Origin: Ylistrum balloti
Taxonomy: Eukaryota
NCBI RefSeq assembly: GCF_031769215.1
Contig: NW_026782680.1
Span: 186,001-250,000 of the forward strand
Length of the DNA stretch: 64,000 nt
Direction of reading: 5' to 3'
The translations under genes and the position numbers were made by a program. The notes under the pieces were generated by a model, which was given only the letters and a program-made list of their open reading frames with translations, did not search any database and was not told where the DNA came from. This document shows, one piece after another, positions 13,036 to 26,397 of the stretch. Position 1 is the stretch's first letter; every line of letters begins with the position of its first letter.

Positions 13036-14417
13036 GCTTTATGGTATTGTGTGTGATAATTCCACTCCAACAAGCTGCCCATACGATCAACTTTAAACGG
13101 AAGTGTGGCTGGAACTTCACTACCCACAATACACTAACCGCAGCACGCAATGAGAACAGTCGACCCGTTGAATGGATTAAAAATAATTTTGATACACAAA
13201 ACATCTTTTAAATATTTCATGTGGAAATGAAACTATATTTAAAGTCTTAAATAATTCAAATGAATATAATAAACATATACTATAATAAACGCACATAACA
13301 AATAACTATTGAAAAATTACAATTCTAACCTTTCGAGATTAGAGCACATTTGTTCTCCGATGTACCTGATTTCCGGTTTAACCTTCGAGAAGTTTCGTAA
13401 CGTTCCGTGGACGAGAAATACATCGCCTCTTACACGGAAGCAGACAAAAAGTCCCGATTTGGCGTAAAACCTATTCCGTCGCCTAACAGCATTAAAACTA
13501 CAAGATGTGGATGTTCTTTCCATAACTGTTTGAAATTAATGATGATCAAGTATGTTTAGAAATTTCCCATCGAACACTTGTAAGACACAATGATAAGATA
13601 ACTATTAGTGGTGTTTTCCCAAGAAAAAGGCAGTTTATGTAATATTGGTGACTTAAATAAGAATTCTTCACGACAAATTCATTAAAATACATAAATTAAT
13701 ATTGATTTTCCGAATTACAATGTGTAACAGAATAGTCTCAGCAGTGTTTACAACTTTACCCTTTTTTTTCTACCAAGACAAGTCAGCATAGCTTAAAACA
13801 CTGAAGGTTCTATAGATTTTTATGATTTGTTAATAAACAGACCGAAAGCTTTCAATAGCAAAGAAAACAGAAAACGGTGGTTGAAAACATTTTTATTTTA
13901 ATAATGAAAACTAGTTAAACATATAAACACCCCTTTACAAATCCGACTAAAACTATATTGTCTTTCTTCATAATTTGACTACAAACTCATTTCTTTTTTA
14001 AAGCAGAAATGGTAGATAGTTCTCTCTGCAATCTCTGTTACGCTGAAAGGGAAACTCTTGTACATTTATTTTGAAGATTTTTTTGTCGATTTTTATAGTC
14101 TAGATATGCTGTCAAAGACTGTTAATAAATTTTCTGTTTCCATAGAAATAGATAATCCTCATCACATGGTTCAATGCTCTGAAACCATTTAAGATAATTG
14201 CTCAAAACGTTTCACACTTATTAAGCCAGTAGAATCGTTTGCTATGGGGAACTTCACCATTTATATACTTTTCTGTCACCATGGAAATAGATAAGCAAAA
14301 TCAAACATTTATAGCTGTTTATTCTAAGCATTCGAGGGGTCTAACTGTGGGAGGAAACCCGTATCCCTTCAGACAAGTGTGTAACAACTTAACTACCAAA
14401 CCACAGCCTGATCATGA

Positions 14418-14546
14418 NNNNNNNNNNNNNNNNNNNNNNNNNNNNNNNNNNNNNNNNNNNNNNNNNNNNNNNNNNNNNNNNNNNNNNNNNNNNNNNNNNN
14501 NNNNNNNNNNNNNNNNNNNNNNNNNNNNNNNNNNNNNNNNNNNNNN
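14418..14546. other. Assembly gap (129 N)
   Basis: Run of N characters. Confidence 1.
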
Positions 14547-16247
14547 ATGTGTCAATGTTCTGTTAAAATCTTCCGAAGTATGAAATAAAATTTAAGAACC
14601 CGTTTCAGTAGACATGGATCAGGCAGTTAAAATGTGCATCTTGTTGACCAACTTGCGCTCGCTTTTCAGCAGTGCTTAATTCATATTATTATTTTGAATT
14701 ATTGTCCCCTGGCTATCTAATCATTTGTTGACTTAATTTCAATTTTATTACATTATTCTCGCATGTCACATATTCATTTGTCACTCTGTAGTACCCCAAG
14801 AAAGATAGCTCTTATAACTTAAGTCGGATATTATAATCGAGGGTAAGTTACATAGGTGTCACCGCTTGTTGTGTCACCCTTTTATTACAAAACATACGGA
14901 TGGTACAGTAATCACATGGAAGAAATCAAATGCGCTGACTTCAGCACAGTTTCGTTGACGGAGTTAATGCCGTATTTTGAAGAGAATGGAAATCAGAAGA
15001 AATGATCATGAGTACTGAGGCAGACTTGTGGCGTCAGTATTTATGTGTATGGATGATATGTTTAACATCGTGTTTTATTAACGGCAGATGATTAAACCCT
15101 TCCACGCGGGTTTCATCAGCAGCAATATTTTGATAACATAACTGATCAGAGTTTTTCATCGCTAGACTGCTGTTCGTGAATGATTTAGTTCGGTGGTGAA
15201 GGTCAATAACGTGTTGGAATTGTGAAAACTGCACACTGGTTCCATTTGCAACATTTTGTTTACGTTTTTCTCGCTATCAATATGACGAAAATTGTTAGAT
15301 GGCGCTGAACACCATTACTGGAATACTGGCCAATCAAATTCGAAGACCGATGTTGGCGGCACATTTGATGCTACCTTTTGGTGGGAAGTCACTTTGCGCC
15401 AAGAGGAATCAAGCAAGCAGACCAACTTTTTTTCTGGACGACACACTTTTCGAGAAAATGTTGGGATCTAGTCAACTGAAAACCATTAAAGGGAAAGGTC
15501 TGTATAACATAACCACAAAAATATGCTGTATGGAAGCAAGATTAATTAGAAAGCAATTATTTAATTATTTGTGTTTTCCGCAGCCATAGGCTAGACTCCA
15601 CGTTTCCAGTGACAAGTTTGGCTTTTTCGATTTCACTTCAGCGAAATAACTGCTTATTAAAGGGTTGGTTTGGAATCCTCAATTTTCCTTATTGTTTGAA
15701 GAGTACAGATAAATTTAAATTGTATCTTTGCTTGGCAATGAGATAGTTTATTGATAGTACTCTACAATGTGAAACAATGGACGGGCGGGAGAACAGCCGG
15801 GATGTCACTGATTAAATATTTTTATTATTTGTCTTTTATTGTTAATGTTGATGGTGCCTAAATGGATGTGAAAAATGTGCACCTAAAAAATGGGAGCTGT
15901 TTTTGTTTCTTTGCTTATTTCTTGTTTTGGAGGGAAAAGCTTTTTCATTGTAAAGAGACCGGGAACTCATCAGGGGAAAGTTTTGTCGAAATTGGAATAT
16001 TTTATCAAATGTACAACAAATTAATATTAGCTCTGTTATTCAAGCTTATTTGGATAAAATTGCTGATAACAATGAAAAACGTGATAAAAATACTAAATAC
16101 AATTTATAAATAATTTATTGATAAGTTTCATTACAATTTATTGTTTTTAAAAGTGATGGGGCTTCGTCACTTGTTAAAGCTAGCATTAGTTCAGTATATC
16201 ACATGCATTTTAAAACTACCTTTGTTTTTATTGTGGGCCATAGACAA

Positions 16248-19200
16248 ATGTCTGAATGTGATTTGTTTGCAGTGTTTGAGGAAGAAGACATAACTACCCT
16301 GCTCCCTAAAGGAAAGAAGGCGTGCACTGTGAGTTTGTTGACAGCCATATATGAGCAAGTCTTTGGTGTTATGAAATATTTGTTGCATCAACTCCTTTTT
16401 AATATATCTCCATTTCTTATTTTAATTTATATTTGCAACATTTTGAAAAAGTTAGCATGTGGACATTTTGTGTTATAAACTTTACGTCCAAAGATATACT
16501 TACAATGATGTTAATTAACTTGTGTATTATTTCTGCCTTATGGTGGTGTATATCATTGCGGAAGTGGTTGATGTCCTGATAGTTTTCTGTATTTTTCAAA
16601 ATTTTGCATAGTACATAAGAAAACAAGAAAAAACACATACAAACATTCACACACACTCATTATCATCAGTCATTCACATACACACTTCACAGCCATTAAC
16701 ACATACACATTTTGAAATTGAGAAGGGGTTGTGGGAGATATGGGAAATGGAATGTGGTATAGAAGAACAAAGTGAATGAGTTCTACCCCGTAATCTTTTA
16801 AGTAAGAGAATTATTAGATATGGGGGGGTGGGGGCTTTCCCAGGAGTTTATTATTGTATACAAAAATGTATTTATTATATTGGCGTCATCTTCTCCATCT
16901 GTAGGTCCATTTCTTGTGAACGCAACTCCTCTTAAACTAATCATCAGATTTTCATAAAACTTGCTCAATATCACTTTTACAATGTGTAGATGTGCACGAA
17001 GGGACAATTTTACGGTTTATTGATTTTTGTAAGATTTATATATTTTGTGGCGGCGTATACCGGTATTGTGTCCACAGTCACTCTTGTTTAATCTAGATAT
17101 ATTTGTTTGTTTTTTTTTTTTGTTTTTTTGCTTTCATTATTGAATATCACTGATGTTTTAAGAGTTGAAAATGAAAAAGAAATATGAAGTAATTGTTCTT
17201 ATTTTAAAATACTGGTTTACAGTATTCATTATTTTGTTTTAGATCTCTGTAGAAGGCAATATTGGGTGTGGGAAAACAACTCTACTAGAGTACTTCAAGG
17301 AATCTCCAAATGTGCAGGTTTGTTATGATGGAACAATGACATAAATTTGAATATGAAATAAATATTATTTGATCTAGTGAATGGGAAGAATAAGACTTAA
17401 TTATAGATTAAATTGACCTATAAATGGTTAATTATAACAGTTATTACTGAATACAGATGATCCTTGTTTGAATTTTGAAGAACAATTACCAGTACAAATT
17501 TCTTAGACCATAAGTTTGGCATTCACTAATTATTTACATTCTTTTCTGTAATTTCAGGCAATACGTGAACCTGTTGAACAGTGGACCAATGTGCAGGGCC
17601 ATAATGCATTGGTAAGTCTGTTACAGAAAAAGGTCTCGCCAAATTAGCTAATACAAAAGTTTCTCAAAAGGAAAACTGTTTTAAATTTCCTGCCTTAAGT
17701 AAATAATCAGTCAACCATTCTTCATATTGGAGCAAAACTTTATGATCAACCATCTGACTCATTCATTGATGGTATAGTAGTTTTCCATCAATCGGTTATC
17801 AATCGATCTTTCATGAGAAGCTTATTCAATGTTATATGAATTTGTATTTCCCAGAATGGCAGTTTGATTGGATTATTTTTGGAAGAGTTACTGCCCCTCA
17901 TCATTACCATGCTAATGTTGTCTCCAGATCCCAGTTTTCAGCTTATTTCTTTCAAACTTGGGAGACTAGATATGAAATTGTGTGTTCCGGCACAGTAGAT
18001 CAATTCAGCTCATTAAGTTTTGAGGGAGATATTGCCCTTGTGTTGGTGGTCTCCTTTCTGTTTTTCACCCACATGTATATCTGAAATTATAGGCAAAATA
18101 ACAATAACAGGAAACTGTGTTTCCTTCATTAATGGCGTTGTGATTTTTAAAATTTGTGGAAAATTATTGCCCTCTCTCTTTCTGTTTTTTTTTTTTTTTT
18201 GTTTTTGTTTTTTGTTTTTTTTTATCTTTTTCCAAATATCTCTACTCAAATGTTTTTGACCAACCAATTTCTTTGAATCAACAAGACTTCCAAACATATT
18301 AACCTGTGTTCTTTTCATCACTTTCATATTTTGACTTATCATTACCTTTTCCTATTTTTTTCATATAATAAATCATGAATATTTGGCATGGAATAGGTAC
18401 ATGACAGAACTGTTGTTAAATTCTGATGCTTTAATCATAATTCAACCAAAACTGTGTATATTTAGGATTTCTATTTTTCATTAATAAAAATTCATTCAGA
18501 TTCCTGTATGTCTCTTAGCTAATGCCTACACACTAATTCTGTACATTACGATAACACAAAGAAAAATGAAAAGAAATTTTAGCGTGGAACTAAAGTGTTG
18601 GTTGTGAGAAAGATCCGCTGTATAAGTATAGGTTTATTTCGACTGTTATGAAGGCTAAACCACATGCTGGTACAGATCAGTTATTTTATCTTTTTTTAAT
18701 GTAAGTTGTCCACACTGCCTGATTAATGTTTTCAGGAACTCCTGTACCAAGATCCAAAGAGATGGAGTTTCTCTTTCAACCTGTATGCCCAGCTGACCAG
18801 GATACAGATGCATACATGTGCCCATGTGAGTATCAGAATTCAATCGGGTCTTAAATTACTCGCTCAACAAAATGATTTGATTCACCAAAAAATTGTTGTG
18901 AAAAAGTAATTATAAGGGGTCACCTGCCAGACCACATGAGCTTTTTCAAGAGTTTCCTGCCAAAGTAAGACCACTCACATGCTTCAATCTGAGCCAGTTA
19001 GATGTTTGGTGTTAATTACAAGTTTGATAACCTGTTTCACATTTGTTGTAAAATATTTGATTACTATGGTACTTTGGAGGTCTAAAGCTATTGCAACATA
19101 TCAAACTTCATTGTGTGGTCTTAGATTTTGTAATCTAATTTCTTATGCTCCTTTACAAATTACAATTGTAGAATATTAAAATTTAAATTGCATTTAAAAG

Positions 19201-22200
19201 AGGATTTAAAAAACAAAAGAGTTACTAAATACATATATAGTCAAATAGTTGACTTTTTAGCTCCTTAATTAATACAAATGAATGTTTTCAAACATATCTT
19301 TGATATTTCAGAATAAACCAGTGAAGATGCTTGAGAGATCACTATTTAGTACAAGATACTGCTTTGTAGAAAATGACTACATCAAGTAAGTGATATTTAC
19401 ACCAGTATATTGGGTTAAGGTCAGTGAGTTATAGAGGAAACTTTTTTTGTGAACATATATTTAGATTCAGGATGTGCCATTGCGGAATGAATTCAGCTGT
19501 ATCAAACAGCTATTTTGGTTAACAATGACTGTTCAGTGATATTAAGAGTAGAAAAAATCAACAGATATTGTAAATAAATAATAGGTAAAGAATAGTTTAA
19601 TTGAAGAGATTATTTTTAACCATTGTCATACACATTTTCTGTTGTCATTTTCGTTGAGTGTTCTATACTGTGAGTATTAAATATTTTGCCATTTTTCTCT
19701 TCAAGCAAAACCATCAATGGACTAGAGTATGCTATCTTGAACCAGTGGTTTGAGTTCTTGACTCACAAAAAGAACACACAACTTGATCTGATTGGTAAGT
19801 TGGATACATTGTAAAACATGTACTTTTTAAACCTCTGCTCTAGTCTCTAGTTCTGGAAATATAAGAAAGTGCATTTGTTACTGGATCTCCTACACAACCC
19901 TGATATCTCTTTGTACTTCCACCCCGATATCTCTTTGTACTTCCTGTACAATTGATGGTGATTACTGTGGAACATGCTTTCATACCTTGAATAGTCTTAA
20001 TGAAAGCAATTTTTATGTGACTGAAAATTCTCTCTGGACCGTGAACAGAAGTTAGGTGAACTTAAAAATAAAACTTGAAATAATCTGATCGTGATAGGAA
20101 AGATGTGATATTGAAGTAATCTGATGGTGATGATAGGAATGATGGGATACTGAAGTAATCTGATGGTGATAGGAATGATGGGATACTGAAGTAATCTGAT
20201 GGTGATGATAGGAATGATGGGATACTGAAGTAATCTGATGGTGATGATAGGAATGATGGGATACTGAAGTAATCTGATGGTGATGATAGGAATGATGGGA
20301 TACTGAAGTAATCTGATGGTGATGATAGGAATGATGGGATACTGAAGTAATCTGATGGTGATAGGAATGATGGGATACTGAAGTGATATGAATTCAAGGT
20401 GGAATTTCTTTGAATAGACTTTCAAAAGTGTTCTATTAATATATTAAATCTTGCAGACATAGGATAAATATGCTATACAGATATGTACCGGAACATGTTA
20501 TGAACAAATTACTTGTGTTTCAGTGTATTTGAGAGCGGACCCCAGAACATGTTATGAACGAATCAAAAAGCGATCCAGGAAGGAAGAATCTGGAGTACCA
20601 TATGTAGGTTTTAATGTCAGCATTTTGGTTGTGTATTTTCTATTGGTGCTACTAATGATCTTTTATCATGAAAAACACTACACATGTAAAGAAATGTGAT
20701 GAAGTAGTCCTATTTAAGCAACTGCAAAAGACAGTTATTTGTCTTTTAGGCTGGATGCAGGAAATTGATTAGCTCATATATTCTCTCTTCTGACAAGATA
20801 TAAATTGTTGATTTTGAAAAATTAACTTGATCTTGCTTAAATAAAAAGACTTTATAATGACTCCAGTAGAAACACTTGTTTAAGCTGTCTACAAGATGAG
20901 AATTTTGTGACTATTGTGAAATTTATCAAGAAACAGTTCTAAATTAAGAAAATCATCAAACACTGAAAGTTTGGAATGATTTTCATCCCTTAAAAAAATC
21001 TGTGCTATTAAACATTAATTACAAGATGGCCTTAATTCAATCTAGGAAGGTGTTACAACTCCTTTTAATTTCCATCATGTTTGTAAACAAGCCATCTTCC
21101 AAAAATTAAATATGTATCAAACTTTGATATATTCAAATTATTTGTTAATCTGTCTCTGGCCAGCCAGTCAGATTCAACAGCAAGTTTGGAGAACTGTAGA
21201 TTATGTACATGTATATAGTTTCACATTCATACCTGTCTTGTAGCCTTTTTTTATGTGAATATGTAAATATGTATTCATAAGACATTGAAATACTTAAAAT
21301 TCATAACCACAGTAATTGATGTTACTACATACATCAAGCACTGCCCTGCAGGAAGGGTTAATTTGTAATGATTAAGATTACATACAATATTTGTGTTTGA
21401 GTTTCTTGCAAATTAGTGTGAAAATTAAGTTTATGCTAAAAATATCAGTAATCTACACAAAATCTTTGACTCAGAACAGAAAGTTTTCTTCAAATTGTCA
21501 GATTATAAAAGTTTAATCTATGAATATGACCCTGTGATAATGTAAAATTTTCATTGCCAGTTTCAAACCCTTCTGAAATGTAAAATATGATCAGGAGGAT
21601 TTTTTTCTTAATTTGTTTAAATTTATTTCCCCAGGAGTTGATTCAGAACTTGCATGATCTACATGAAGAATGGCTGGTGCATGAAAGAGTCTACAAGTCT
21701 CCTTGTCCAGTACTGGTAGGTATCAAGTTGCACAACCTAATAAATTTTATGGTCCCCGCTTTTACATGGTGTTTTTTTTACCCTTGTCTATCCGTTGTAC
21801 AATGGTTTGCCTTCTGTTTTGATGTTTTATCTTAGGAATCTTTGAATATTTTTGTATCAAATTTTCCCAGTATCATCAAACATTAAATCCTATACTTCAC
21901 AGCACTGTAATTTCATTAAACAATGGTACTGATAAGACAGAGTAGACTTACAATCATTTTTTATTTGATGATTAACACCTTTTTCTTTTCTTTTTTTTTT
22001 TAGACTTGGTTTTTTTTTGTTTTGAATTCTTAGCAAAATAATTGGCGTTGATTTTGGATATTACAGGATTACCAAAACAGTCAGAGCAAGTCACCTAATT
22101 TTGAATAATTCTGGTCATCCAAAAGTCAAGCAGATACAGATTTATCACTCGTGTTCATCCTTTTATAGGTTTTGAACAATATGTAGATGCAGAGTGAGAT

Positions 22201-22609
22201 CTGTTGGTTTTAATCAGGGCAAAGCATCTAGGAAAATATAGAAACAGACCTTTGTAAAATGGTGTGAGTGGAGATGAAATATAGTGAAACTGAGACTGGG
22301 TAGTTTATTATTGATTTTCTATGTATGCATGGCCTGTGACTAGTGATGTGTTGTAGGCCACTGCACTAAAACCATGTGGATCAATAAATTATTTACTTGA
22401 TATTTTACAATAAGGTGGTTTTTTTCCCTCTGACCGACAATAACTATTCATATGATAACAAGTACCATCTAAACCTTTATTATTTTGTATCAATGATTTT
22501 ATTTGGAATCTTTTTTCTTTGTTAGATTCTTGATGCCAATAAGGAATACACACATATGACAAAGTTATATGAAGACAATCGACAGGAAATCTTGTGTGGG
22601 TATATATGA
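16248..22609 (+). CDS. TK2: Deoxynucleoside kinase, TK2/insect-dNK family, 9 coding exons, 235 aa from ATG 16248 (in-frame upstream ATG at 16203)
   Basis: Exons 16248-16328, 17243-17317, 17558-17611, 18736-18825, 19312-19385, 19706-19794, 20524-20603, 21635-21715, 22526-22609; all GT-AG and phase-consistent (708 nt). Motifs ISVEGNIGCGKTT (P-loop), EPVEQW, ERSLFSTRYCFVEN, YLRADP..CYERIKKRSRKEE (lid), LHDLHEEWL. Family is secure; strict TK2 orthology is not. Confidence 0.92.
16880..17090. mobile_element. Short repeat fragment resembling bivalve Helentron/HINE-type non-autonomous elements
   Basis: catttcttgtgaacgcaactcctc ... gtccacagtcactcttgtt end resembles, from memory, oyster HINE termini; not verified by search. 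Confidence 0.3.
20085..20390. repeat. 39/36-bp minisatellite (~8 copies) in kinase intron 6
   Basis: Unit gaagtaatctgatggtgatgataggaatgatgggatact; explains ORFs 19997 and 20062. Confidence 0.95.
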
Positions 22610-22867
22610 AGATAGTAATGATGAGAGGATACCTAGTGTGACAAATACAGACCGGAAATGTGTCTTAATGTTGTAAACATCAGGAATGAATCGTCAAGAG
22701 CTTGGACCTAGATTACACATGGCCAGTACTCCTAATACTGACGCAGCACCAGTGTGTTGTAAGACTTGTGTGTCATCAATCATCAGTCATTATACTACTG
22801 ATCTCATTGTTTTTGTATATTTATATATTGAAGGATATTACACAAACCAGAATGTTATCGCCCTATT

Positions 22868-23842
22868 CAGGGGTTTTCTTAAGGATTTGACTTGTCCAGA
22901 GGGCAAGTACCCAGGAATTTTTACTTGCCCCCACAGAAATGGGCTTGCCCTATATAAGTGTACACTTTTTTTATACGGACATGCGTTCAAATATTTGGTA
23001 TTATACAGAATTTTGATAGATTATAAAGGTAAAAACAAATTTACATCTGATTTTTTATCTATCCACAAGGGAGTTTAATTTTAACTCGACAAACATCTCA
23101 TAAACTTAAATTGATATGAATTTCAAACAATTTAACAGTGCCCTTGCAACTAGCTAAATCAAAATAAAAACAGACATTTGCAGTTAAAAACACATTTTGC
23201 ATATAAATCTTAATTTATTCACATAGGAGTTTAACTTTAACTCAACAATCAACTTAATAACTTAAAATGATATAAATTTCAAACATTTAACAGTACACTT
23301 GTGACGAGCTAAATCAAAAACCCTGTAAAAACACTAATTAACAGCCTATACTTTTCATTTTAACTTTAATGCATCTGAATTACATGATTTTCTCAGACAT
23401 TTGCAGTTTTATTTTCAGATTTGAATACAAAATAATTTGAAATCATCCTAAATTCCTTAGAAGCAATCAGCATTTCTTAGATAGGTAATGTACATTCCTG
23501 AATTTAGTCTTCAGTCGCGAGATGGTTTTTTCATTAAACTTCGATAGAGCTTTCATTGCTTCCAATTTTTCAACATTGAATGGTTTATTCTTATGCTTAA
23601 TGACATTTCCAGAGCTGTTTCTGAGCTTTCCGTTTGTTCTTTCGATGATTCAGTTGATTGTTTTTGAAATATGGGGGGGGGGGATTTTTTTTTCTGCCAT
23701 TTTCGATTGCAACAGCTGTTACTTCTGGATTTAATCAAAACGAGCAATCCCAGACAAGGGGCAACCGTGATCGAAAAAAGACTTGCCCGCGACAATTTTA
23801 ACCCGACACGGGCAATCGGGCGTCCGCTTAAGAAAACCCTTG
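22868..23842. mobile_element. Non-autonomous hAT-like TIR element (975 bp) with apparent 5-bp TSD, just downstream of the kinase stop codon
   Basis: CAGGGGTTTTCTTAAG (22868-22883) versus CTTAAGAAAACCCTTG (23827-23842), 15/16 inverted match; CTATT flanks both sides; repeated subterminal ACTTGCCC/GGGCAA motifs; internal ~95-bp direct duplication. Confidence 0.7.
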
Positions 23843-26034
23843 CTATTTTGTAATGTGCAACAATGCGTAATAGTATCTTTTCTGTTACTGTCAAATTAAA
23901 TGTGTTCATTACTTACATTACTCATCTTATTTCATTGGTAGATATATCTATAAAAAGATTCATGAAACTTGCTCATATGGAAATTATTGCAATTTTATAT
24001 TTATTTTTCCAACCTTTCAAAAATTTACTTTGAAGTTATTCACTTATGTTCTGTGAATACCCAAGAAAGAGAATATAGTTGGTGTTAGAAAAGGTCCAAT
24101 ACTACATATATACCTCAAAACAAAATGTGTTCTAGTTGAGTTGTTGCTATAAAAGAAGTTCCTGCGGTGTGAATTAGTTTATATCTTTGTATGTTACAAA
24201 CTGTATCTGATTTTAGCAGAGATTTATAGAGTATCAGACTTTTTTAAGTGTACAGTACTAGTCTACTTATAGTAGTTACTACTAGGAAGATGCTGAATGT
24301 ATAACAAAAATGTAGACAGGTTATGAACATGAAAGATGCAGAAATGTTTGAATAACAGACAGTATGAAAGTTATGTGGAATGCTTGTGGACTTAAGTCTT
24401 TTGATATTAACCTTATATTGTTTTACATTTGATATTATATCCAGTTCAGTTTTTAACTTTCAGATAAAGTAAGTTTTAACATGTTGTTACCAGTAAAATC
24501 TTTTAACACATGTTGACTTGAAGAACAACTGTTTTAATTTTGGGTTACTGACAGTAGGGTATTCTGATATGAGAATACTCTGCTTCTTTTTTACTTTCTC
24601 TCTTTCTTTTTCTCTATGAACTTTCATTCTAGCTTACAACTGTGTAAGAATGTGGTATGGATGTTATTGTTGAAGTTACATGAACGAGTCGCTGTAAGTT
24701 TGTTTAGTGTGCTAGGTTGTAACTGCAAGAAATAACCTAAAGATGGTGTGTATGCATGCTTTGATGAAAAACTGAATTGTATAAATAGTGCTGCCATTTT
24801 TCACCTTGATAAATTAAATAGTGCTACAGCTTTACTCATTTTAAAAAGTGGAAATCCATCTAACTGATTGTACTTTCTGGTTAAGGAATACCTGGTTTAA
24901 TTCACTGGTATTTGATGTTCAGGAACCGTATTTGTTAATTTTGTTGAACATTTATAAACCAAATGTGTATGTTAAGGATGTGAGGATGTGAATGTATTGT
25001 GATGCCAGGGTGACTTTTGGAGCAGATTATTGGACCAGACTAATCTGTAGTATTAGGATGTTACAATAAGACTGGGACAATTGATATACCTGGTAATCTA
25101 TTGATTATTTATAGCTGAATAAAATATATTTCAGTAATTTTGAAAGCCTTGATAACTCTGTCATTTGATACCAAAAAAACTTGCTTCCCATTATTGGGTA
25201 GTGGAGTCAACGCCATGTAGTTATCAGTGGTGGTGAAAATGTTGATCACTTCTCACCTGGATACCTGAAGGTATACAAGGGACTGATGAGTAAGGTTAAG
25301 CTTAAACCAAAGAGAATCAATCAAATCAGGCTGAAGGCAGCTTTTTGATATTTTATTTGTCTTGACAATCCGCTTCAAGTCGGCTGTTGTGATAGATTCT
25401 CCTGATTTAAGCTGGTCTCCAGTTACACATTTGACAAAACATGGTAAGTATCACATATCAGATTAAGGTCGTTGTTGCTGTGACTGTAACAAGGTCACTT
25501 TAACAAAACATTTTATTGGTGTTAGTGATGAAAAAGTCTAATGCTTTATTGTATTGTAATCCTTGAGAAAAATCAATTCCTGCCCCACTATCCAGGGCAA
25601 TAAAGAAACACATTGTAGCAGTATTATCATTTGAATTGAGATTTTCCAGACTTTACCTCCTCTTGGTTTGTGTATGACAAGTAGTAATATATTTCCACCC
25701 TTCAAACAGAATTCTGTTCAAATTCATGATATCATGGCCCGTTTTGAGGGATGGGAACCATATATATCCTAATTTTGTTTAGGTTTTGGCAACGAAATCT
25801 TGCTATATTTTATAGGACTGGTCATCATTTGTTTGAGAACTCAAAAATTCATAAAGCAGTTGTAATTCACAAGTCGTGCTAAAGAAAAGTAAAATAACAT
25901 GTCAGATTTTACCATTTATTTAAGATATCACAGATAAATTGAGAATTGTTTTGAAGTACAAGTATACATAAACCTGATCACTATCAAAGGCAATGATAAT
26001 GCTGAATATGTGTAAACGATGACATGAAATTAAC

Positions 26035-26240
26035 ATACAATCACCAACAACATTCTCACTCTCTCCGTTATATACTCATAGTGAAATGTAGAATATCCAC
26101 GCCATACAACAACCAACATAATTCTTACTCTCTCAGTTACATACTCATACTGAAATGTAGAATATCCACGCCATACAACCACCAACAACATTCTCACTCT
26201 CTCAGTTACATACTCCTATGGAAATGTAGAATATCCACAA
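26035..26240. repeat. 69-bp unit x3 just downstream of the FAM227 stop codon
   Basis: atacaaccaccaacaacattctcactctctc...gaaatgtagaatatccacgcc repeated three times; explains ORF 26024. Confidence 0.85.
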
Positions 26241-26397
26241 ATTATAAAGTATATATTACCATTTGGCACATGTTGTCTGCCAGAGAGAATGATTTAACTG
26301 TTCTAATCAAATTTTTCTTTAATGTCTTATCACAAATGATGCTACAGATCATGGACGGAGTACTGATTTGCAGAGCAACTTTCGAAGACATAGCAAA

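Noticed and set aside
14900-15600. ORFs 15034 (-) and 15299 (+) and other short frames near the gap
   Set aside because: No recognisable domain and stops in all extended frames; the motif content looks more promoter-like.
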